Origin: Candidatus Omnitrophota bacterium
GTDB taxonomy: Bacteria; Omnitrophota; Gorgyraeia; Zapsychrales; JANLHA01
DNA: 32,000 nucleotides
Assembly (NCBI GenBank): GCA_963662715.1
Contig: OY759724.1
Span: forward strand, 1,620,001-1,652,000
Direction: 5' to 3'
Shown: piece after piece, positions 25,301 to 31,135 of the stretch
Position numbering within the stretch: the first letter of the stretch is position 1
How the letters are laid out: the number at the start of each line of letters is the position of its first letter
Program-made: the position numbers and the translations under genes
The notes under the pieces: generated by a model
The model's input: the letters and a program-made list of their open reading frames with translations, nothing else
Database searches by the model: none
What the model was told of the DNA's origin: nothing

Positions 25301-26111
25301 TCTAACCTGTTCGTACGATCAACGATTGATTGTGACCACTCCGACGAACGCGAATTGTCCTGAAGAAAAAGAATGTAATTATGATGTGTCCTGTACAACA
25401 TGTACGACCGGAGACACCCTGGCCTGCGCTGACGTAAACGGCTGTCCCTACCAGCGTATCTGCGAAGACGGTTACTGGAGCAGCTGTCAGCAGGTTAATC
25501 CTCTTTGCACTCCGGGAGAGATTGTTGATTGTGAGCCCAATGCCGACGGGTTTATTTCCAAAAAGACCTGTAATGTCTGCGGGACAGCCTGGGGACCCTG
25601 CTGGTGTGACCCGCAGGAAACACAAAGCTGTACAACCTCCGCTTCCTGCCCCGGGATCGGCACATGTTCCGGAGGAGGCTGGTCTCCTTGCGAGCAAAGC
25701 AACCCGACATGTATTCCCGGCTCGACCCATGACTGTACTTTGGGCGACGGAAACCCGGGGGTCGAAGATTGTAATTCCTGCGGAGACGGCTTTGGTACGT
25801 GCCGCTGCTTGGCCGGCGCGGTTTATTGTTATATCGAAGGGGTTCTGGGAACCCAGACATGTAATACGACGACGGGGTTGTATGAGGATTGTGTCTGTAT
25901 CAGCGGATCAACCAAGCAATGTACCACGACTTCGGGATGTACGGCCGGGGTTATTTATTGTAACGACGGCACCGGGCTCTTTGACGGCGACTGTGAATTG
26001 CCGTATTCTGAATGTACTCCGGGAGAAACCAGGTCTTGTCTGAAATACTTTATCATCCCTGGGACGGAGACATGTATGTCCTGCGGGAACTGGAGTGGTG
26101 TGTGTGAGTAA
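22311..26111 (+). CDS. Giant secreted cysteine-rich repeat protein (1266 aa, about 126 Cys), no recognised family
   Basis: Uninterrupted 3.8-kb ORF beginning 31 nt after the previous gene. Signal peptide CAMVVCTVFLVLLSEYGAFS|QT. The architecture has three parts: a triplicated helical motif, about 17 four-Cys repeats, and a C-terminal Cys-knot-like module. Confidence 0.9.
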   Translation: MLSYRKIWRFCAMVVCTVFLVLLSEYGAFSQTWTDDDLATAQRPVKPIHIREMRRAIYNKRMLCGMSSPTWQEPNIIEKVTPIRAQHVEELRQAIRDVYDMPPSRTLPDGVILATDVPEESAIRADHIFEIRLSIEEVSCCGDGECNPPFEDLDNCPVDCGACTYSDWVILGCGVSPCDGNEIQRKKTAPEDGCQDLIECIAAYDTCCNYGAWEDYDCGGGECDPTAMRQIQQSATSVAGCEDRYRCLELESCCDYAGFVWQCGYDILYPDTQWLEVNIPDNSACEPEFGTIYEADDPISKANCCDYGAQSSSCGGEVEGVTYPDSTLITQRAAGNPNCEDDITITPNADDCCDYGPIETPPSCGATLRVDGVMTTFPDTTFLQFRTPTNPNCDHKIVQELAIEEDPTKYCCQYSGFQGDCGYDPVYPDTDWIEYNIAGVVDVSCPVEYRNHLPNADSCCCYESTSICGDGVTYPTSSMITSKTPTCNPSCSTEVTEDTFNEACCGYGPWQYDQCGYAGYYDDTYLVDYRSPTNPLCDPIFGDVCGPNHEDCCGYPEKDVVCGGTWEGVVYPETTCIYDAAKPANPNCPDKCGSIEEMCDYCCDYEITSSHCGDGVTIPVTTQVVTRTPNNPNCDVIVDEQIPDGCCGYPAGSSRICGYDGRPATTSVEVMEPTQDFDDCETIIQNEIENDPFCCDYAGFQASQCGYSGWYEAHTRLEVNEPNNAITGCDPLFQNVVPYEYECCEYGTATSTCGDGVSYPTSSWVTTQTSAAGCDAIEGEETNHQNCCNYPASPTTECGALGYPETYLVSYLESSTNPTCEIQIIGTPAYDEVCCQYGSLQQGCGDGVQFPLTDYVSWHEPGLVHVDCPVKVISQIENDDTCCGYPAEYTAVCGYSALGYPETTLVEIKEPTLAECPVKSRNPVPYDDTCCEYTTNYYCGYPSPLDIPDTNYVEVKEPGGGKSCPVEAVNETAYAEICCGYTTGTVQDLGCMASYDGLTCSYDQRLIVTTPTNANCPEEKECNYDVSCTTCTTGDTLACADVNGCPYQRICEDGYWSSCQQVNPLCTPGEIVDCEPNADGFISKKTCNVCGTAWGPCWCDPQETQSCTTSASCPGIGTCSGGGWSPCEQSNPTCIPGSTHDCTLGDGNPGVEDCNSCGDGFGTCRCLAGAVYCYIEGVLGTQTCNTTTGLYEDCVCISGSTKQCTTTSGCTAGVIYCNDGTGLFDGDCELPYSECTPGETRSCLKYFIIPGTETCMSCGNWSGVCE
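22929..25391 (+). repeat. Coding tandem repeat array, about 17 units of ~48 aa (~144 nt)
   Basis: CC dipeptides occur at residues 207, 253, 304, 352, 411, 459, 504, 552, 602, 646, 694, 743, 787, 834, 882, 930 and 978. Each is followed by x-Y, then CG 6-10 residues later, then usually a Y/F-P-D/E/T-T/S turn, then a fourth Cys (often NPxC). Confidence 0.85.
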
Positions 26112-26147
26112 CGCAGGTTAAAGAGAAGTTCTACATAAATAAACAAA

Positions 26148-26171
26148 AAGTCGGCGAATCCTGGCTGACTT
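26148..26171. terminator. Hairpin after the giant gene; the U-tract is on the minus-strand side only
   Basis: 8-bp stem AAGTCGGC / GCTGACTT (one G-U) with an 8-nt loop. On the + strand it is preceded by AAACAAAAA and followed by CGTGTGTCT. Confidence 0.3.
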
Positions 26172-26210
26172 CGTGTGTCTCCCTGTAATTTTCAGGTGGA
26201 TTAGGTTGAC

Positions 26211-26828
26211 GTGTCTCAAGAACCAGAATCCCAGCTAAATCAGATTTATTCGGATCCGGATGTTTTGCTTATGCTTGAGGTCCAGAAAGGCCACCAGGCC
26301 CCTTTTGAGAGCCTGATGCGTAAGTATTATAAACGGATTTATAATTTTATTTACCGTTTTGTCGGACATCGACAGCTGGCCGAAGATTTGACACAGGATG
26401 TTTTTATCCGTGTGTATAAATCGGCGGATTCTTACCATCCCAAAGCAAAATTTCAAACCTGGATTTATACTATTGCTAAGAATTTGAGTCTTAATGAATT
26501 AAGAAAAAAGAGCTCTCGAAACAGTATTTCTTTAGAACAAGAAATTCCGACTTCCCGTGGGGCCGTGCTGCCCCAGGTCGAAGACCCTCGTGCGAAGAGT
26601 CTCTGGGAATCCATGGCGCAGGAAGAAAAACAGTCTGTTGTCAGGGAGGCCATTCAGAGTCTTCCTGAGAATCAGAGGATGGCTGTTATTTTGCGGAGAT
26701 ACGAAGATCTTTCTTACGAACAGATTGCTCAGACACTCCAATGTTCCGTGCCTGCCGTTAAGTCTCTTTTGAATCGGGCTAAAGAAGGGCTGAAAGGGAA
26801 GCTCAGGAATGTTATGGGAGATTATTGA
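26211..26828 (+). CDS. ECF-type RNA polymerase sigma-70 factor
   Basis: Region 2 (AEDLTQDVFIRVY, FQTWIYTIAKNLSLN) and region 4 (LPENQRMAVILRRYEDLSYEQIAQTLQCSVPAVKSLLNRA). GTG start with AGGTGGA upstream. Confidence 0.88.
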   Translation: MSQEPESQLNQIYSDPDVLLMLEVQKGHQAPFESLMRKYYKRIYNFIYRFVGHRQLAEDLTQDVFIRVYKSADSYHPKAKFQTWIYTIAKNLSLNELRKKSSRNSISLEQEIPTSRGAVLPQVEDPRAKSLWESMAQEEKQSVVREAIQSLPENQRMAVILRRYEDLSYEQIAQTLQCSVPAVKSLLNRAKEGLKGKLRNVMGDY

Positions 26829-26894
26829 CGCGAGACAAATAAATCGCAACTTTTCCGCTTTTTTTGTGTTAAATATATAGAAGAGGATTTTATT

Positions 26895-27383
26895 ATGAAA
26901 TGTCATGAAATCAAAGAACTTCTCCCGGCCTACAGCAATTCTGATGTCTCTCCAGAAAAAGCTATGGAAATAGGAGAGCATTTAAAGGTCTGCGAGGATT
27001 GCCTGCAGGAATATAATCTTATTGTTAAGAGCTGGGAGTCTTTGGACGTCTGGCCGGATATTGAGCCGGAAGAAGGATATGTTTCAAGGTTCTGGACGCG
27101 TTTGTCTGCAGAACAGACCTGGAGAGAACGGGTTATGAGCGGAATGAAGAACCTGCTTGCAAAAAGAGCTCTTGTCCCGGCCTATGCCGGAACGCTCGTT
27201 GCGGTCCTTGTTGCTTTCTTGTATTTTCAGGTCCCTTTATCAAAAAACCGGCCTCCTGAAATGATCATTGAAGAGGATGTCGATTTTGTTGAATCTCTGG
27301 AATTGACAGAGCAAATGGATATATTGCAGGAGATGGATTGGTTAGAGGATTTGGATGTTATCGAAAAACTTGATGCTGTTTAA
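26895..27383 (+). CDS. Anti-sigma factor, zf-HC2 type, single-pass membrane protein
   Basis: N-terminal H-x3-C-x2-C (HLKVCEDC) after MKCHEIKELL, one TM helix (LVPAYAGTLVAVLVAFLYF), and a short, very acidic exported tail. Confidence 0.8.
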   Translation: MKCHEIKELLPAYSNSDVSPEKAMEIGEHLKVCEDCLQEYNLIVKSWESLDVWPDIEPEEGYVSRFWTRLSAEQTWRERVMSGMKNLLAKRALVPAYAGTLVAVLVAFLYFQVPLSKNRPPEMIIEEDVDFVESLELTEQMDILQEMDWLEDLDVIEKLDAV

Positions 27384-27663
27384 TCAGCAAAACAATTTTG
27401 TGCTAAAAGGAAGGGCTATTTTTGTGCTGAGCCTCTGTGCTTTTATCTTTATGGGGGGCCGGAATGGAGATTGCGGGAAAGAACAACAGAAGGATTCTTT
27501 GAAAAAGAAAACACAAGATGAGTCTGTTGTCGAATATATGGATATTTTAGATATATTGGAAATTCTGGATGAGCGGGACATTGATTTCTTTCAGGATGAT
27601 TTTTTTAGTTATCAGGAATTCGAGGGAGAGAAGGATGGAAAGGACAAAACAAAAAAGAAGTAG
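27373..27663 (+). CDS. Small exported acidic protein (96 aa), hypothetical
   Basis: The ATG overlaps the anti-sigma stop (ATGCTGTTTAA). It has a hydrophobic N-terminus (AIFVLSLCAFIFMGG) and an acidic core, EYMDILDILEILDERDIDFFQDDFF. The 3' end overlaps the next gene by 29 nt. Confidence 0.5.
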   Translation: MLFNQQNNFVLKGRAIFVLSLCAFIFMGGRNGDCGKEQQKDSLKKKTQDESVVEYMDILDILEILDERDIDFFQDDFFSYQEFEGEKDGKDKTKKK

Positions 27664-28192
27664 GTGTTTTTCGTGTGTTTTGTTTGTAATTCTGATTTGT
27701 TTTATCGGGCGTCCGGCGGCTGCTCAAACAACCGGGCAGGCCCGTGAAATCCGTGACGAAAAACGGTTGTCGGAAAAATTCGAAAGGTGGCAACAGCTCA
27801 GCGAAAAAGAGAAAGCCCTGTTGCGCCGGCGTTTTGAAAAATGGCAGGCGATGTCCCCTGCGCGGAAAGCAAGAATTCAGGAAAGGTTTAAACGGTTTAA
27901 ATCCCTGCCTATAGAGAAACAGCAGGAGCTTCGGAAGAACTGGCGGCGCTTTATGAACATGACCGAGGGGCAGAAAAGAGAAATCAATGCGCGTTATGCC
28001 CGATGGAAGAAAATGACTCCGGAAGAACGCAGAAGACTAAGAAACCGGTTTTACCGGTTTATGCAGATGTCCCCGGAGGAACGCAGGCAGCTGCAGCAAA
28101 AAAGAGAGCGGTGGCAGTCTCTTTCTCCGGAAGAACGGCAGAGAATACGTCAAAGAATACTTGAAAAAAGAAGACAGGCCCAGGAAATGTAA
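27635..28192 (+). CDS. DUF3106-like exported basic repeat protein
   Basis: The ATG at 27635 follows GGGAGAGAAGG. Signal peptide CFSCVLFVILICFIGRPAAA|Q. There are seven consecutive 18-aa repeats of the type F-x-R-W-x-x-M-S-P-E-E-R-x-x-L-R-x-R. The DUF3106 naming is from memory of the family's (R/K)(W/F)xxLxPEER pattern. Confidence 0.7.
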   Translation: MERTKQKRSRCFSCVLFVILICFIGRPAAAQTTGQAREIRDEKRLSEKFERWQQLSEKEKALLRRRFEKWQAMSPARKARIQERFKRFKSLPIEKQQELRKNWRRFMNMTEGQKREINARYARWKKMTPEERRRLRNRFYRFMQMSPEERRQLQQKRERWQSLSPEERQRIRQRILEKRRQAQEM

Positions 28193-28199
28193 TCATCTT

Positions 28200-28262
28200 A
28201 AGGGATCAGCGCCCTTTTTTATAACTCAAATAGAACCAGGACGCTGATCCCTTTCATTTTTC
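28200..28262 (+). terminator. Terminator region after the ECF module
   Basis: AAGGG-atcagcg-CCCTT followed by TTTTA (28200-28221). In addition, AAGGGATCAGCG (28200-28211) is the exact inverted repeat of CGCTGATCCCTT (28242-28253), which is followed by TCATTTTTC. Confidence 0.5.
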
Positions 28263-28395
28263 TGAATTGTCGGCCTTTTTATTGTACCCTCCTTTTTAAA
28301 TATCATCTTCCAATAATTTACAGCTTTTTAAAAATCCAAATAAGTTCTGGCCTCTTGTTGTCGTTCAGTTTTTTTCGCCCTCTTTTTCTTGCCTC

Positions 28396-28434
28396 TTGAC
28401 AATGGTGTATTACTGTATTACACTTGTAATACAG
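28396..28434 (+). promoter_or_regulatory. Sigma-70 promoter TTGACA-17 nt-TACACT overlapped by a three-half-site operator
   Basis: TTGACA at 28396-28401 and TACACT at 28419-28424. TGTATTAC occurs twice in tandem (28406-28421), then ACTT, then the inverted copy GTAATACA (28426-28433). Together these form the 10-bp inverted repeat CTGTATTACA-ct-TGTAATACAG across the -10 box and the start site. Confidence 0.65.
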
Positions 28435-28463
28435 GTAGCATCAAAACAAGAGTAAAGAAAGCC

Positions 28464-28868
28464 ATGACAGCCAAAGCAAAATTTTATTTTAATATTTTAA
28501 CAACTTCCGGAGTCCCGATCTACCGGCAGATCATTGATCAGGTGAAAACTCTTATTGCGGCCGGCCGGTTGTCGTCAGGGGAGTTCCTGCCTTCTGTTCG
28601 TCAGGTGGCGCAGGAGCTGGAAATAAATCCTATGACGGTTTCCAAAGCCTATTCTTTATTAGAGAAGGAAGGAGTTCTGGAGTTTGCCCGCGGGCAGGGC
28701 ATGAGAGTGAAGGGAAAAACTATTCCTCAAAAAGATCTGAAACAGCGGGAAGAGGCGCTTATTCCTTTATTAAAAGAGGTCATTATGCGGGCTTGTCAAT
28801 TGTCCGTTCAGCCGGAAAAGGTTATCTTACTTATGGAACATTTGTGGAAGGAGCAGCGTCATGAATAA
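28464..28868 (+). CDS. GntR-family transcriptional regulator, short YtrA-like subtype
   Basis: Winged-helix block PIYRQIIDQVKTLIAAGRLSSGEFLPSVRQVAQELEINPMTVSKAYSLLEKEG with only a short C-terminal helical tail. The ATG at 28464 is preferred, because the track start at 28389 would lie upstream of the promoter. Confidence 0.85.
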   Translation: MTAKAKFYFNILTTSGVPIYRQIIDQVKTLIAAGRLSSGEFLPSVRQVAQELEINPMTVSKAYSLLEKEGVLEFARGQGMRVKGKTIPQKDLKQREEALIPLLKEVIMRACQLSVQPEKVILLMEHLWKEQRHE

Positions 28869-29739
28869 TTTTGTGATAAACATGCAGGGCGTTACAAGGC
28901 GTTATCGATCTAAAACGGTTTTGCAAAATTTGTCTTTGCGCGTTCCCGAAGGGTCGGTGTTTGGCCTGTTGGGGAAAAACGGGGCGGGGAAGACGACCCT
29001 CATTAAATGTGTTTTGGGTTTATTGCATCCTCATGAGGGCCAGATTTCGGTCCTGGAAGATCATCCCGGGGATTTCTCGAATCAAACTAAAGAAAAGATC
29101 GGCTATGTCCCTCAGTCAGACCGGATTTATCCCTGGTTAAATGTCAGGCAGCTTGTTGCTTATACGGCTTCGTTTTATTTTCACTGGAATACAGGTTTGG
29201 TTGAACGGTTGCTGAAAGAGTGGGAGTTGGATGAAGAGGATAAAGTGGGTTTGCTGTCAGAAGGCCAGGCCCAAAAACTGGCCATCATCCTTGCCTTAGG
29301 ACATGAGCCGAGTGTATTGATATTTGACGAACCCGTTGCCAGCCTGGATCCTGCCGCCCGCAGGAATTTCTTAAAGACCATTCTGGATATTGTCGCTGAC
29401 CGGAAATGCACGATATTTTTCTCCACCCATATCACCTCAGACCTTGAACGGGTCGCCGACCGTGTCGCTTTGCTGAAAGACGGAAAAATTGATTTTTGCG
29501 GTGAGCTTGACGTGTTAAAAGAAGAAGTCAAAAGACTGCGGGTGGTGTCTTCTGTCCCGTTGTCCCGGGAATTCCAGCTTGACGGCCTTCTTCACTGTGA
29601 ACTGTCAAAGTATGAGGCTATTTTGTCTGTGCGCGGCTTTCATCCGGATCTGAAAAACCAGATAGAGAAAAAAATCGGAGCGAAAATAGAAGTCGAGGAT
29701 CTGAATCTTGAAGAAATTTTTCTGGAGCTCCATTCATGA
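28861..29739 (+). CDS. ABC transporter ATP-binding protein
   Basis: Walker A GKNGAGKTT, signature LSEGQAQKL, Walker B VLIFDEP, and the H-loop STHI. 8-nt overlap with the GntR gene. Confidence 0.92.
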   Translation: MNNFVINMQGVTRRYRSKTVLQNLSLRVPEGSVFGLLGKNGAGKTTLIKCVLGLLHPHEGQISVLEDHPGDFSNQTKEKIGYVPQSDRIYPWLNVRQLVAYTASFYFHWNTGLVERLLKEWELDEEDKVGLLSEGQAQKLAIILALGHEPSVLIFDEPVASLDPAARRNFLKTILDIVADRKCTIFFSTHITSDLERVADRVALLKDGKIDFCGELDVLKEEVKRLRVVSSVPLSREFQLDGLLHCELSKYEAILSVRGFHPDLKNQIEKKIGAKIEVEDLNLEEIFLELHS

Positions 29740-31124
29740 GAAATAAATATTATCAGATTTTCAACCTTTATTATCAATACATCCCTTTCCGTATCTTGTC
29801 GGCGTGTTTAGTGGCCACAGCTTTGCTTTCAAGATTTTCCCTTAAGCAGAAATACTATTATGTCGCCGATGATTTTTTCACCTTTTTTCTGGTTGTCAGT
29901 GTCTGGCTGGGTTTCACTTCCGGGGTGTTATTAAAGAGACAGATGGCGCATCCCCGGGCCGCACTGCTGCCGGATTACCGTATCCCCCATATCATTGTCC
30001 CTTATAGTTTTTTTGCCTTCTTTATCGCGGTTTACTGTTATTGGCTCAGCAGCCTTTACCCGCTTATTATCCTGGAGAAAGCAGCTGTGTGGTCGGTTTT
30101 TCTGTTAAGTGTTCTTATCATCAACCTGATTATCTGGGTCGGATATCTGTCCATTAGTTTGCTGGTCTATGTCTCGTATTTTCTTCTGCTCGTGATTTCC
30201 TGGCAGACGTTTAACCTGGTTATCCTCATTACCGAACAGGCGCATTGGCAGCTTGCCCTGGCTCTGGCGAGTGTGGCTTTGCTTCTGCTGCTCGCTTGGC
30301 GAATGACGGTCTTAAATGAGGACAAGTTTGAATACGGCTATATTATTTCCTGGCCGCATAAGGAATTCCTCCACAATCAAATCAAAGCCGGAGAACTTTA
30401 TGTCCGGGCGATACATTTTATTAAAAGCCGGCTCGGGCTTAAGCCCCGCAGAGTTGCCGTTCCTCCTTATCCGAGAGAGGCGGCCCTTTGGCGGAGGGCG
30501 TACCATTGGCATTATTTGGATTTGGCTGAATTGAAAAGTATTTGGATTCTGCTTGTGGTTTTGACGCCGGTCTATGTTTACCGCATCCCTGGGATGTCTT
30601 TTTTTCATGACTTTTACAGGGATCCTTACAGTAATTTTTTGCTTTATGCCATTGCCCCTGTCCTGATCGTTTTATGCTCGAATTATCGTAACATGAGCAC
30701 CTGGCCGCATGATCTTCTGAAACCGGTCCGAAAAAAAGACTTTATTAAAGAGCAGGGGGCGGGACTTTTGGCGGGGCTGGGGCTGTACTGGCTGTTGTTT
30801 GTGATGTACTTGGTCTTTATCCCGCATTGCGTGCTTCAACCCGCTGCCTTGTTGAGCAGCCGGTTCTGGGGATATTTGGCTTTGTCAGGAAGTTTTGCCT
30901 TCTTGACATTGTCCTGGGTCATTTTTATGAGCACTTATTCATCCCGGCCCTGGTTTGTCCTGGCTAACGGAAGCGTTCTTGTGGGGCTGGCGCAGTTGTT
31001 GTTTGTGGTGGCCGGGAAACAGCCTTTCATGATCAATATGTTGAATAGTGCTCTGTGTTGGGTAGGCATTTATTTATTTTTGAAATGGGGTTACCGGAAA
31101 TGGTGTCAGGCTGAGACAGCCTAG
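29736..31124 (+). CDS. Polytopic membrane protein (462 aa), family unassigned; presumed partner of the ABC ATPase
   Basis: ATGA overlap with the ATPase gene. About 10-12 hydrophobic helices are split by a ~70-aa basic/aromatic loop (SWPHKEFLHNQIKAGELYVRAIHF...WRRAYHWHY). Confidence 0.7.
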   Translation: MRNKYYQIFNLYYQYIPFRILSACLVATALLSRFSLKQKYYYVADDFFTFFLVVSVWLGFTSGVLLKRQMAHPRAALLPDYRIPHIIVPYSFFAFFIAVYCYWLSSLYPLIILEKAAVWSVFLLSVLIINLIIWVGYLSISLLVYVSYFLLLVISWQTFNLVILITEQAHWQLALALASVALLLLLAWRMTVLNEDKFEYGYIISWPHKEFLHNQIKAGELYVRAIHFIKSRLGLKPRRVAVPPYPREAALWRRAYHWHYLDLAELKSIWILLVVLTPVYVYRIPGMSFFHDFYRDPYSNFLLYAIAPVLIVLCSNYRNMSTWPHDLLKPVRKKDFIKEQGAGLLAGLGLYWLLFVMYLVFIPHCVLQPAALLSSRFWGYLALSGSFAFLTLSWVIFMSTYSSRPWFVLANGSVLVGLAQLLFVVAGKQPFMINMLNSALCWVGIYLFLKWGYRKWCQAETA

Positions 31125-31135
31125 GAGGGTTTGAT

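Noticed and set aside
25522-26043. 173-aa + strand ORF in an alternative frame of the giant gene's 3' end, plus the other 60-140-aa overlapping ORFs between 22314 and 26146
   Set aside because: These are out-of-frame overlaps with the repeat-rich CDS. The products are Pro/Arg/Gly-rich and have no start context.
22311-26111. Multihaem cytochrome or known adhesin-repeat interpretation of the Cys-rich protein
   Set aside because: There is no CXXCH motif; the CxxC motifs are CNVCG, CNSCG and CMSCG. There are no Ca-binding GGxGxD repeats, no cadherin/Ig/PKD-like patterns and no known C-terminal sorting signal.
26829-26894. Attenuator or terminator between the sigma and anti-sigma genes (GCGA...TCGC followed by CCGCTTTTTTT)
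   Set aside because: The stem is only 4 bp, so it is probably just an AT-rich spacer. Sigma and anti-sigma genes are normally co-transcribed.
28285-28300. Strong minus-strand Shine-Dalgarno-like AAAAAGGAGGG in the 28193-28395 spacer
   Set aside because: No start codon lies within range. The nearest minus-strand ATG is ~30 nt away and opens only a 12-codon ORF.
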